62,536 nucleotides of DNA from Deinococcales bacterium (GTDB lineage Bacteria > Deinococcota > Deinococci > Deinococcales > JAAFIG01): the NCBI GenBank assembly GCA_043778225.1, contig JAYWGM010000098.1:1-62536 (forward strand), read 5' to 3'. Below, piece after piece: positions 34,801 through 43,596 of this stretch. The position numbers were made by a program, and so were the translations under genes. A model generated the notes under the pieces. That model searched no databases, was not told where the DNA came from, and saw only the letters and a program-made list of their open reading frames with translations. Positions within the stretch are counted from its first letter, which is position 1. Each line of letters begins with the position of its first letter.

Positions 34801-37141
34801 GAATATGGGCGCGGTCATACGGCAATGTTTCCTCGAGTCGGCGTTTTTGAATCTCACCAAGGTACAAAACGCTGGTAAAATACTCAAATTCGTCTTTTTC
34901 GCCGGGCAACAAAGTTGCACTGGTTAGTGTGACACTTTTAGCGCGTTCCCAAAGCGGTTTTAGAAATTGCTCGAGGTCAATTGGTTGGGCAACGTGTTCC
35001 CAGTTATTCTTGGCATCTAGGGTGGTTAAGTATAACCAATCATCGTCAGGTTCAATCTCTGTGTCTGAGGTTTGTTGGTTTTGATTGCTTTTGGTAGCTT
35101 CAAGGCGCTCTTGCAGCATTTCATTGTGTTGCTTGAAAAATTCTAAGGTCGGCTCGAGTTTGAATCTTATTTGATGGGCTTGGCGCACGAATTCGTACAA
35201 TGCAGCTTGAAGGTTTTGCATCGCTTCACGCCAGCGTTTTTCATAAAGAATCAGACGCATCCACTCTGGGGTTTTCATACTTTTTAAGGTGTAGGTTAGC
35301 CCATACTCGATTTCGCCTTTGCCAAATTGTTTAACGAACTGGGTCATCTCGCGGTGATATTCGTTAAACCGCTCAAAGGCTTCAGGAATCAGTCTTTGGC
35401 GCACATGGGTCGCAAGTTCAAGTACCGTGGTTGCATTTTTACCAAGCTGCTCGATTAACTTTTGGCTGTTCAGCAAAATACTACCGTCGGTCAAGCGATT
35501 ACTTGCCAATACCCCTTTTCGAGTCCGTGCATCAAACAATTTCCGCAGATGAAAAACCACATCTTCGGATTTGGAGATTCTGGTAAAGCTATTGGTGGCG
35601 ACATCCTCGAGATTATGGGCTTCATCTATGACCAGATGAAAGGCTTTTTCTTCGACACTTTCGGTATTGGAGTCATCTCGAGACTGGGCTAAACGACTGA
35701 GTAAATAGGCTTGATTGGTAATCCAAAGGCTGCTGGTACTGCGTTGCCGCACATCGGTTTGATAAGCACAGAACTTATAAAATGGGCATTTTTCACGGCA
35801 TCGGCTCGAGACGGTTTGAACATTAAATTTGAGCTCTCGGTAGGCACTCGAGGCTTGCCAATAAAACGGTAAGCTCTCGAGATCAAATTCAGAATTGCGA
35901 ATTAACGCTACCAGCACGGCTCGAGCCGCACCGCCCTGACGAAAATCATCGTCTTCTTCGGGTTTATACTCGAGAATGCTTTCTTCGAGCGCTTCGGTAC
36001 AAATCGAATCCCTGGCGCTTTTGACATTGCTGGCTTTAACGCTGTAGCCCTTAGCGGCAATCTCGCGCAGTTCGTTCATGGCTTGTTCTTGCAGTACCTT
36101 GGTGTGCGTGGCAACAATAATCGTTTCGTTGGACGTATGACTCTGATGATACAAAGCTGGAAAAATGTAGCCTTTGGTTTTACCTGTGCCAGTTGGAGCT
36201 TGAATCATGGCTTTTGGGTTTCGTTCCTCAAAGGCTGCCGTGACCATATGCGCCATTTCGCCTTGAGGGGCGCGGTACTTGGGTAAGTGTTTTTGCATGG
36301 TTTTTAAGGACTCGATTTGTTGGACATCAAAACCATTTGGGACGCGGTTGTGTTTAAGCTCCTCGAGTGCCGTATTGAGTTGCTCCAAACTAAAAAGATT
36401 CTGCTCGAGACCTGTTTTGACCCAAGCTGGAAACAAATCTTTTGAAGCTGGGAATGCCAGTCCTGTAGAATTGAGGAAAGGCACTTGGGCTTCGATTTCT
36501 AGCGCTGCCCGTAATTCAGTCTCGAGGTTAAGTGCTATATCTGGGTAAAACCGTGCTTCTGGTAAGTCCAGCATCTTCCATAAACGCATTTGGATGGCAT
36601 CAGATGGTGGTTTAGCAATCAGACGCTCGAGAACAGTGCGAGTGGCTTTACAGTCCTCTAAGGCTTGGTGAGCGCCTTCCATATCCAGACTTGTAAAGTA
36701 CCGAAACAAATGCCCGACTGAATAACCAAGCAAACCCTCGGGTGGTGTTGGGAATAACAGGTGCGACCAACGCAAAGTGTCCACAGCATTTTTCACGCCA
36801 ACAGGTTCGGGCAAATCAGCTTCTTTTAGAACTCGAGTCAGAATTGGCAAGTCATACTCGTAGATATTATGCCCACACAGCACAGCATCACCAATAAACT
36901 CGAGAAAATCTTGTAAAGCGTGTTCGATGGGAATTTTACCAGCTTCGTATTCGGCATAATCAATGTGCTGGAAAGCATAAAGGTCTTGGCGCAGCTTAGT
37001 TTTGGTTTCAAGAAAACGATGAAAAGTACGTTCACCACAAATTGCAGCCAATTCGACAATCTCGGCTTTTCCTGTATCTGTGTCGGTTGTCTCAAGATCA
37101 AAAATGACTAACTTAGCGCTATCCAAGACCGTATTTTGCAT
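31850..37141 (-). CDS. Fusion of DEDDh 3'-5' exonuclease, DinG-type Fe-S SF2 helicase and RecQ-type helicase
   Basis: Exonuclease: FDLETT, GHNI..YD, HQALED. DinG: QAPTGTGKT, four Cys, IDEAHNL, TSATL, EGVD, QAFGRLIR. RecQ: LPTGYGKS, DEAHC..WGHDFRPDY, TATAT, ATNAFGMGVDK, QEAGRAGRD, C..CCGNC. Confidence 0.92.
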   Translation of the reverse strand: MQNTVLDSAKLVIFDLETTDTDTGKAEIVELAAICGERTFHRFLETKTKLRQDLYAFQHIDYAEYEAGKIPIEHALQDFLEFIGDAVLCGHNIYEYDLPILTRVLKEADLPEPVGVKNAVDTLRWSHLLFPTPPEGLLGYSVGHLFRYFTSLDMEGAHQALEDCKATRTVLERLIAKPPSDAIQMRLWKMLDLPEARFYPDIALNLETELRAALEIEAQVPFLNSTGLAFPASKDLFPAWVKTGLEQNLFSLEQLNTALEELKHNRVPNGFDVQQIESLKTMQKHLPKYRAPQGEMAHMVTAAFEERNPKAMIQAPTGTGKTKGYIFPALYHQSHTSNETIIVATHTKVLQEQAMNELREIAAKGYSVKASNVKSARDSICTEALEESILEYKPEEDDDFRQGGAARAVLVALIRNSEFDLESLPFYWQASSAYRELKFNVQTVSSRCREKCPFYKFCAYQTDVRQRSTSSLWITNQAYLLSRLAQSRDDSNTESVEEKAFHLVIDEAHNLEDVATNSFTRISKSEDVVFHLRKLFDARTRKGVLASNRLTDGSILLNSQKLIEQLGKNATTVLELATHVRQRLIPEAFERFNEYHREMTQFVKQFGKGEIEYGLTYTLKSMKTPEWMRLILYEKRWREAMQNLQAALYEFVRQAHQIRFKLEPTLEFFKQHNEMLQERLEATKSNQNQQTSDTEIEPDDDWLYLTTLDAKNNWEHVAQPIDLEQFLKPLWERAKSVTLTSATLLPGEKDEFEYFTSVLYLGEIQKRRLEETLPYDRAHILLPSHLPEARMSSMERFQKLHQEELKNLLPQINRSLNLFTARSRLEKTKKVLEKESEIVGRLHAPLTRREREAVSQALSDVNKRSDKAVALGTRAFMEGVDFYDLNLVALERIPFPTPTPLLEKRKARIEKAHGRDAAWTYYLGKALLTFTQAFGRLIRDDRALSGNGAFVLWDRRILTSTYYFDVLESLPRKFIDGDQVHKPKSRIEFYKKLEEILGINFSGFEETLMDKTTKDLLELREKWASKTISLKAALAELMRLYWTEGREIKPKQQQAIEAAINKQDALVLLPTGYGKSLTFQAPAILEGGLTIVISPLIALMKDQVQGLKDRGAPVAAIYSGIPGAEQRSILEQAEKGDVNLLYLSPERVNKNNDLQQVLLRLASKGKLKRLVYDEAHCLSDWGHDFRPDYLRVKSKIAEIGLKLPTVCLTATATQAVRDDLQKNLNLNVQEAIWDSSNRPNIEYHAEHFPGKRDDRSDDRSKLRSTIQILTWAAEKFKDDYAIIVYVSTRKKAETVARALSTYTGQVIEAYHGGLSAVIRSEIQDHFIEGTNKVIVATNAFGMGVDKTNVRAVIHFEPPSNIPAYVQEAGRAGRDHKPAYAVLMHSSRDWSLHEYIGQLGQPQKYHAEALLELLRKNKGTIRMYNDKIQEAINEILSTDEQKADLEPEGVLWLLNTMQQSKLLDYTYELGKAQLFISQWSVLQDLGAENLISLEKLKITSISKARQRHWIDFTELPKAEANALSDALHELRRQIADPSLFFATFESSIEIKAETNPDLTEFSRVIEKRFQERKIGIQAIKQYASVSACKRDSLLKVFAERADPKRDKETCCGNCNQDYKPWSDTPRITDDEIVQILKPNRAILEFLRDHRKERLAWIEKKRKADPSFNLEYSGIGTRRISMVLRGAESEFGGQEHPIQLKWFESNSRHFGSLIGATHSDIEKAIQTLTGRKLMNEAEFNGHPIYKISEYGLQELEKTGKRGKTI

Positions 37142-37149
37142 ATGTTTGA

Positions 37150-37182
37150 ATTATAACGCTTGCGTGTCGCATATTCGTCGCA
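37150..37182 (-). promoter_or_regulatory. Putative promoter of the helicase operon: TATAAT plus a TGCGAC direct repeat
   Basis: Minus strand reads TGCGAC-N5-TGCGAC-N10-TATAAT-N8-ATG. Confidence 0.55.
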
Positions 37183-37256
37183 TTCAGTATAAAACCCTGA
37201 TAGCTATAAAATTACTTGAGCTTACTTAACTCAAGTACAAAAAAATTGAGCCTTTA

Positions 37257-39710
37257 CTATTTTTTACGTACAACCCCGCGCACTGCCTGAGCAGTGTACG
37301 GGTCTTCTGCCCACGAATGCTTTGGGTATTTGATTTTTAGTTCGCGGCGCACATTGGGGTACGTATTTTTCCAGAAACTACTTAAATCCTGTGTGACTTG
37401 AACGGGTCGGTAAGCTGGGCTGAGAAGATGCAGCAGCACTGGATTGCGTCTATCATTAACGCTTGGGGTCTCGAGCAAGCCAAAGACTTCTTGGAGGCGC
37501 ACCGCCAGCACGGGCGCAGCGCCATCCAAGTGGTACTCGAGCCGAATCTGGCTACCACTCGGGACAAGCATTTTGGCTGGAGCGAACGTGTCTATTTGGC
37601 GCTGAATTTCCCATGGCAGACTTTGCTCGAGGATGACACGCAAATCAAGGCGGGTAAAATCGGCTTGGCGGCGGACTGGCTCGAGGTGTGGGGCTAACCA
37701 AGTCTCGAGGCTTTCGAGTAATGCCATATCCGAAAAATCCGGGAAAGCATCACCACGCCACAGATGCAGACTCTGAACTCGAGCTTGAAATTGTCGTGCA
37801 TTTTCTGACCACTCGAGCAAGTTTGGGTTCGCCCGAATGGCTTGGCACAGCACACGGTTTTTCTCGAGCATTGGAATAGTAAGCAGTGGTTTAGATTCCA
37901 GTATCAGTTCACCGATTCGGATTTCGGTTCGGGCAATCAGTGCGCCTTCTCGAGTATCCCAACGCAGCACCTCAAGGCTTGTACAAAACGGCTCGAGGTC
38001 TTGGCTCTCGAGCGGGGCGCACAAAAAGACTTTGCCTTCTTCGCTGCCCGCATCGGCTTGAGCAACCGCCAACCACGGCGTACTCTGCAATGGGTCGGAA
38101 GCTGGGAGTTGCACGCCGCGCCCCAAGGCGAGTTTGTAGCGGCGACTCTCGCCTGTTCGCAAGTTTGCAATTCGGTCTGGGTACGCCAGCGCCACAAGTT
38201 TTCCAACCTCAGCATGATTAAATTCGGTAGTCTCGAGTTTGGTTTTAAGAAGTTTTGCCCACTGCTGTGCCACCCGTTCAACTCGGTCTAGGCGCTGTTT
38301 ATCGGCTTCAAAAATTCGTTTGCCCAGTCGGGCAGCCCGTAAGGCTTGGACTCGAGTGCCAAGGTCGGTGCTGTCGGATTCTAAAAAATCGCGTTCCTCG
38401 AGTATCGCTGCCACATCGGCTGCCAGCCCCGCCAAACCTAGGCGCTGCCCCTCGAGTGCCAAATGTGCCAAACGCGGATGGGCTGGAAAGCGCAACATCG
38501 CTTGCCCACGGGTGGTGATGCGGTTGTTTTCGATTGCGCCAAGCCGATTTAGCAGGTCGTTGGCTTTCTCAAGGGCTGTGGGGGCTGGGGGCGTAACCCA
38601 CTCGAGGTTCTGAGCGCCCCAAGCGGCAAGCTCGAGCGCAAGCGGCGCTAAGTCGGACTCGAGAATTTCTGGTTTTCTGGTTCTTTCAAGGCTGGCGTGT
38701 TGGCTTTGTGTCCAAAGTCGGTAGACAATTCCAGCTTGGGTACGCCCAGAGCGTCCAGCCCGTTGGGTGGCTGCGTCAACAGTCACACGCACCGTCTCGA
38801 GCCGCGTCAGGCTGCTCTGTGGGTCAAACCTTGGCACTCGAGCCACACCGCTATCCACCACAATTCGCACCCCTTCGATCGTCAGGCTGGTCTCGGCAAT
38901 GCTAGTGGCAAGCACAATTTTGCGCTTGCCATGTGGGTCGGGCAAAATCGCTTTGGTCTGGGCATCCAAGCTCAGTTCGCCGTACAGAGGCAACACCACT
39001 GCGCCGCAGTCCTCGAGCATTTCCATACAGCGCAAAATTTCGCCAGCCCCAGGCAAAAATGCCAGAATATCGCCAGTCTCGGCTTCGAGCGCTCGAAAAA
39101 TGCTTTGGGCAACTCGGTTTGGGATTGGTGTCTCGAGTTGTTTTGCTGCATAACGAATTTCGATTGGGTAGGAGCGCCCCTCGGCGCGAATAATCGGCGC
39201 ATTCAGTACACTCGAGAGGTGCTGACCATCGAGCGTGGCGCTCATGATGATGATTTTTAAGTCTGGGCGAATTTCGCGTTGAATCTCGCGGCACAGTGCC
39301 AAGGCTAAATCGGCATGGATACTGCGTTCGTGAAACTCGTCAAAAATAACACAGCCCACACCCTCGAGCGTCGGGTCGTCTTGCAACTGGCGGGTTAAAA
39401 GCCCTTCAGTCAGGACAAAAAGCTGGGTTTGGCTCGAGACAACTTTTTCAAAACGCACCTGATAGCCAACGCGCTGCCCAACATTTTGCCACAGTAAACT
39501 TGCCATGCGGGTTGCTACGCTTCTGGCTGCCAAACGACGCGGCTCGAGCATGATCATTTTGCCTTGGATTTGCCCGAGTAAAAAAAGTGGCAACAGCGTA
39601 CTTTTACCCGCTCCTGGGGGGGCTTCTATAATCAAGGTCTGGTTGGTCTCGAGTTGGGCGGCAAGCTCGGGGAGGATTGATTCGATTGGCAGTTGAAACT
39701 TATCAGACAT
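37257..39710 (-). CDS. hrpB: ATP-dependent RNA helicase HrpB
   Basis: APPGAGKS, EPRRLAAR, DEFHER, MSATL, ATSIAETSLTI, QRAGRSGR, C-terminal YPKHSW. Confidence 0.95.
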   Translation of the reverse strand: MSDKFQLPIESILPELAAQLETNQTLIIEAPPGAGKSTLLPLFLLGQIQGKMIMLEPRRLAARSVATRMASLLWQNVGQRVGYQVRFEKVVSSQTQLFVLTEGLLTRQLQDDPTLEGVGCVIFDEFHERSIHADLALALCREIQREIRPDLKIIIMSATLDGQHLSSVLNAPIIRAEGRSYPIEIRYAAKQLETPIPNRVAQSIFRALEAETGDILAFLPGAGEILRCMEMLEDCGAVVLPLYGELSLDAQTKAILPDPHGKRKIVLATSIAETSLTIEGVRIVVDSGVARVPRFDPQSSLTRLETVRVTVDAATQRAGRSGRTQAGIVYRLWTQSQHASLERTRKPEILESDLAPLALELAAWGAQNLEWVTPPAPTALEKANDLLNRLGAIENNRITTRGQAMLRFPAHPRLAHLALEGQRLGLAGLAADVAAILEERDFLESDSTDLGTRVQALRAARLGKRIFEADKQRLDRVERVAQQWAKLLKTKLETTEFNHAEVGKLVALAYPDRIANLRTGESRRYKLALGRGVQLPASDPLQSTPWLAVAQADAGSEEGKVFLCAPLESQDLEPFCTSLEVLRWDTREGALIARTEIRIGELILESKPLLTIPMLEKNRVLCQAIRANPNLLEWSENARQFQARVQSLHLWRGDAFPDFSDMALLESLETWLAPHLEPVRRQADFTRLDLRVILEQSLPWEIQRQIDTFAPAKMLVPSGSQIRLEYHLDGAAPVLAVRLQEVFGLLETPSVNDRRNPVLLHLLSPAYRPVQVTQDLSSFWKNTYPNVRRELKIKYPKHSWAEDPYTAQAVRGVVRKK

Positions 39711-39757
39711 ATTGCGCGTAGAATACCCTTGGGTTTACCCAAATAAGGAGAATTACC

Positions 39758-40159
39758 ATGGATGAAGTTAAAAATGTTGTTGCAAATGTCGGCGAACAAG
39801 CCAAAGCTGGACTCGAGAATGCCCACAATGTAGCTGGAGATGTGGCTGGTCAAGCCAAAGCGGGTCTCGAGGGTGCTGGGCAAGCGGCTGGCGACTTAGG
39901 CGCAAAAGCCGCCGATATGGCTGGCGATGCCGCCGCTAAAGCCAAAGACATGGCTGGCGACTTGGGCGAGAAAGCCAAAGAACTCTTAGGCGATGCCCCA
40001 GAACAAGCCAAAGAATTTGCCGAAAATGCTTTTGAAACTGTTAAGGATGTTGCTGAAGATGTCGCTAAGGGTGTTTCCGATGCCGTTGGCGGCGCAATCG
40101 AGGGCGCTAAAAACCTCTTGGGTGGTTTACTTGGCGGCGGCAAAGACAAAGACGCATAA
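39758..40159 (+). CDS. Low-complexity amphipathic repeat protein (LEA-like)
   Basis: A/G/D/K-rich 11-mer repeats (LGAKAADMAGD, AAAKAKDMAGD, LGEKAKELLGD); AAGGAG RBS. Confidence 0.7.
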   Translation: MDEVKNVVANVGEQAKAGLENAHNVAGDVAGQAKAGLEGAGQAAGDLGAKAADMAGDAAAKAKDMAGDLGEKAKELLGDAPEQAKEFAENAFETVKDVAEDVAKGVSDAVGGAIEGAKNLLGGLLGGGKDKDA

Positions 40160-40167
40160 TCTGAGTG

Positions 40168-40198
40168 AAAAAAAGCGCAGCTTCGGCTGCGTTTTTTT
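40168..40198. terminator. Bidirectional intrinsic terminator
   Basis: A-tract GCGCAGC TTCG GCTGCGT T-tract between convergent genes. Confidence 0.85.
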
Positions 40199-41282
40199 AT
40201 GCCCGAGCCAAGAGGTCTTGCTCGAGCCGCTCGGCAGTCAAAAGCCCAATACCAATCAAGCCCGCATCACGTCCCAAAGCCGATAACTCAAGTGGAGTGT
40301 GCAGACCAATACTTTCAAGCATGACTCGCAACGGCTCAAGCACCAGTTCTCGGGTATGAGGAAATTCTTGACGCAGCACAATTCGGTCTGGGTCAAGGGT
40401 GGTGATGATTCCAGCCACCGCCAAGGCAAGATGCTGCACCGCCTGCTGGACTGCTTTTTGCGCCAAACTCGAGCCTTGTTGAGCCGCCTGAAAAACTTCT
40501 GATTCCCAATTTTGGATCGTTGGGTCAGAACTGACCGCCCGCAATGCCTCAAAAAAACCATAGGCGAGAGCGCCAAGCCGTGGTTTTTCAAAGCCAACCA
40601 GACTGCTTGGCAAATAACTCATCTCGCCAGCCGCACCCCTCGAGCCACGCAGTAAGTTTTTGTTCAGCACAATTCCAGCCCCAATACCAAAGGCAAAAAT
40701 CATAAAGGCAAAATTAGCTGTGCCATGTCCTTGGCGCAACTCACCCCAAGCTGCACTGCGGGCATCATTCTCGAGCAGCACAGGTTTTTCCAGGGCTTGT
40801 TGCAGGGTTTCTAAAGACAATGGTTGCAAACCAAACAACCATGAATGCTCAAGGTCATTGGTTGGGCTGATAATTCCGGGGGCGCAAATGCCAATCCGTT
40901 GTGCCTTTGGGTGAATCATGGCTTGAAGAAACTGCAAAGCATCGGCTCGGCTGAGTTTTGAGAAACTAAAAAGGCTAATGCTCTCTTGTTGCTCGAGTTG
41001 TTGACCATGTAAGTCAAAAAGTGCCGTCTGAAGCCTCGAGCCACCCAAGTCTATGGCTTGAATCAGGTGTTGTTCGGGAGTTGTGCGGTAGCGTTTGGCG
41101 GGTCTGCCTTGCCCACGAATTTGTCCATCCTCGAGAATCAGCTTTTGTTGCTCCAAGCGCTTCATGGCGTGAATCACGGCTGGTAGGCTTAGCCCCGTGC
41201 TGCCAACAAGTTCGGGCTGGGTCTGTGGGCTGACTTGACGCAAGGCTGCGTAGACTCGATGAAGTGCCTGATTGTAACTCAC
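40197..41282 (-). CDS. ROK family transcriptional regulator
   Basis: N-terminal HTH with GRP, IDLGGS, LENDA, GIGAG, GAAGE. Confidence 0.9.
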   Translation of the reverse strand: MSYNQALHRVYAALRQVSPQTQPELVGSTGLSLPAVIHAMKRLEQQKLILEDGQIRGQGRPAKRYRTTPEQHLIQAIDLGGSRLQTALFDLHGQQLEQQESISLFSFSKLSRADALQFLQAMIHPKAQRIGICAPGIISPTNDLEHSWLFGLQPLSLETLQQALEKPVLLENDARSAAWGELRQGHGTANFAFMIFAFGIGAGIVLNKNLLRGSRGAAGEMSYLPSSLVGFEKPRLGALAYGFFEALRAVSSDPTIQNWESEVFQAAQQGSSLAQKAVQQAVQHLALAVAGIITTLDPDRIVLRQEFPHTRELVLEPLRVMLESIGLHTPLELSALGRDAGLIGIGLLTAERLEQDLLARA

Positions 41283-41303
41283 ATTGCATATTTTACTACA
41301 AAT

Positions 41304-41315
41304 ACTTTATAAAGT
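41304..41315. promoter_or_regulatory. Candidate ROK operator
   Basis: Perfect palindrome ACTTTATAAAGT in the divergent intergenic region. Confidence 0.45.
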
Positions 41316-41354
41316 CTACTTTACAAACTCACAATTTAGTGCTTGGAGGCATTT

Positions 41355-42650
41355 ATGAAAAAACGCTTATCGCTTCTCGTTGCTTTTGGTCTGGCTACGG
41401 CTGTTGCCGTTGGTCTCGCCCAGAATAGCCCTGCTACTGACCCGCTCAAAGGCAACACAAAGTTAAGTGGCGAGATTTCTTTGTTCAGTTGGGCAGAGCC
41501 TAGTTATGCTCCTTTTGTGGCAGAGTTTAATAAGCTCTACCCGAACATCAAAGTTAAATTTGTGACCGTCGGTTACGGTGATGCCTACCCACGCATCACC
41601 GCCAGTCTAGCGGGCAATGTGCCACTTGCCGATGTGGTGATGATTGAATCCGAACGGGTCGAAATTTACGGCTCGCGCTTTCCCAATGCTTTTACCGACC
41701 TAAGCGCATGGGGCAACAAATGGGAGCGCAATTTTGACCGCAGCAAATGGGCGCAAAGTGTCGTCAAAGGTAAACTCATCACCATGCCAACCGATGCCGC
41801 ACCGGTCGGAATGTGGTACAGAGCCGATATGCTCGAGAAGGCTGGGGTCAATCCAAGCAGCATCAAAACTTGGAACGATTACTTGGCGGCTGGCAAAAAA
41901 GTCGTGGCAGCCAACCCGGGGGTCAAAATGGCAGGTATTGACTCAACTGGCTCAGAAACACTTTTACGGATTTTAATTCAGCAACAAGGCAGTTTCTACA
42001 TTGATGCCGACGGCAAAATTGCGGTCAATTCAGCAAAGATGGTACGGGCTTTGACTTTTCTTAAAACCGCTTGGGAGGCTGGAATCCTCGCTAATATCCA
42101 AGGCACAGATGGCTTGATTGGCGCAGTCAAAGGCAACCGTGTGGCTGGCGTAAATTTACCCGTCTGGATGATTGGAATTTTCAAGACCTTTACCCCAGAA
42201 CAAAAAGGCAAATGGGGTGTGGCACAAATCCCAGCCCTGACCGCAGGTGGCGGACAAAGCGCTTACATTGGTGGCTCGAGTCTCGCCATACCCGCCAACA
42301 GCCAAAACAAAGAAGCCGCATGGGCATTTGTCGAGTGGTACACGACTTATGGTTCTAAAAGAGTTCTCGAGTTACGCGGCAGTTGGCCCTCCTTTGTGCC
42401 AAGCCTGAACGCCCCAGTCCTCAATGCCCCAGACCCATTTTTTGCCACCCCCAATGTCTTTGAACCCTTTAAGAAAAGCGCCTTTTTGGGTCGCCCATTG
42501 CGTTACTCGAGCGATTACGACAAAGCCTTTGGCGTGGTGGTCGCCGCCCAAAGCAGCGTCCTAAACGGTGGACAAAATGTCCAAACCGCCTTAGACAAAG
42601 CCGCCAACGACCTAAAAAATGCCACTGGGCGCGAGATTGCAGCCAAGTAA
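41355..42650 (+). CDS. Sugar ABC transporter substrate-binding protein
   Basis: Signal peptide, FNKLYPNIKV, WYRADM, TWND, GGSSLAIP, AWAFV. Confidence 0.92.
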   Translation: MKKRLSLLVAFGLATAVAVGLAQNSPATDPLKGNTKLSGEISLFSWAEPSYAPFVAEFNKLYPNIKVKFVTVGYGDAYPRITASLAGNVPLADVVMIESERVEIYGSRFPNAFTDLSAWGNKWERNFDRSKWAQSVVKGKLITMPTDAAPVGMWYRADMLEKAGVNPSSIKTWNDYLAAGKKVVAANPGVKMAGIDSTGSETLLRILIQQQGSFYIDADGKIAVNSAKMVRALTFLKTAWEAGILANIQGTDGLIGAVKGNRVAGVNLPVWMIGIFKTFTPEQKGKWGVAQIPALTAGGGQSAYIGGSSLAIPANSQNKEAAWAFVEWYTTYGSKRVLELRGSWPSFVPSLNAPVLNAPDPFFATPNVFEPFKKSAFLGRPLRYSSDYDKAFGVVVAAQSSVLNGGQNVQTALDKAANDLKNATGREIAAK

Positions 42651-42738
42651 GGTAAAAAGTAGAAAAGGTTAAAAGGTCAAAAGGGGATATGGAACTTTTA
42701 ACCTTTTTACCCTCTGACCTTTTAACCCTTTGACCTCT
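42651..42738. repeat. Inverted array of degenerate octamers (AAAAGGTY / RACCTTTT)
   Basis: Purine-rich units followed by complementary pyrimidine-rich units; related arrays at about 24865-24897 and 54909-54980. Confidence 0.7.
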
Positions 42739-43596
42739 ATGAAACATTTCCCTTTTGCACCACTTGCGTTCCTAGCGCCAGCACTTTTGCTGTATGCGCT
42801 TTTTACGGCTTTTCCTGTAGCTCGAGCCTTGATTTTAAGTTTGCAACGCAATGTAGACGGCGAGATTCGCTGGGCAGGTTTGGGGCAGTATCAACGGCTT
42901 TTAGGCGATGATATTTTTAAGCAAGCCCTATTTAACACTGGCATTTTTTTAGTCATTCAAGTGCCAATCATGCTGGTCACTGCCCTCTTATTGGCTGTGG
43001 CACTGAATTCTAGGCGCTTTGCTTTTCGGGATGTGTTTCGCAGTGCCTACTTTTTGCCAAGCATCATGAGCTTGGTGGCAGTGGGTGTGCTTTTTCGGGT
43101 TTTACTGAACGAGGATTTAGGCTTGGTCAATTACTTGTTGCGTTCTATCGGACTTGAGTCTGTGCCTTGGATTACTCATCCGTGGTGGGCAAAAGTGACG
43201 GTCATGCTGATTTTAACGTGGCGTTACACAGGCTTTATGATGGTGATTTATTTATCGGGTTTACAAAGCATTCCCGACGAACTTTTTGAAGCTGCCCAAA
43301 TAGATGGCTCGAGTCCAGTCCAGTCATTTTGGTTTATTACCCTGCCATTACTTCGCCCAACGATACTATTTACCACGATTTTATCCACCATTGGGGTGCT
43401 GCAAATTTTTGATGAGGCGGTGATTGTGACCCGTGGCGGACCTGCCAACGAAACTTTAACGCTGGGCTTGTACTTATACCAAACTGCCTTTCAAAGCGTG
43501 GATTTTCATTATGCCGCCGCCTTGAGTTGGGTGCTGGTCATCCTGATTGGCGCTCTGAGCCTTGTGCAACTCAAACTCGGGGAGCATGGACAATGA
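42739..43596 (+). CDS. Sugar ABC transporter permease
   Basis: TM helices and EAA motif (LFEAAQIDG). Confidence 0.93.
   Translation: MKHFPFAPLAFLAPALLLYALFTAFPVARALILSLQRNVDGEIRWAGLGQYQRLLGDDIFKQALFNTGIFLVIQVPIMLVTALLLAVALNSRRFAFRDVFRSAYFLPSIMSLVAVGVLFRVLLNEDLGLVNYLLRSIGLESVPWITHPWWAKVTVMLILTWRYTGFMMVIYLSGLQSIPDELFEAAQIDGSSPVQSFWFITLPLLRPTILFTTILSTIGVLQIFDEAVIVTRGGPANETLTLGLYLYQTAFQSVDFHYAAALSWVLVILIGALSLVQLKLGEHGQ

Noticed and set aside
31850..37141. DinG as part of a type IV CRISPR system
   Set aside because: No csf/cas genes or array nearby.
37257..39710. hrpB as a fifth member of the helicase operon
   Set aside because: Ordinary HrpB, separated by 115 bp containing a hairpin (TACTTGAG/CTCAAGTA) and a separate TATAAT; linkage cannot be supported from this window.
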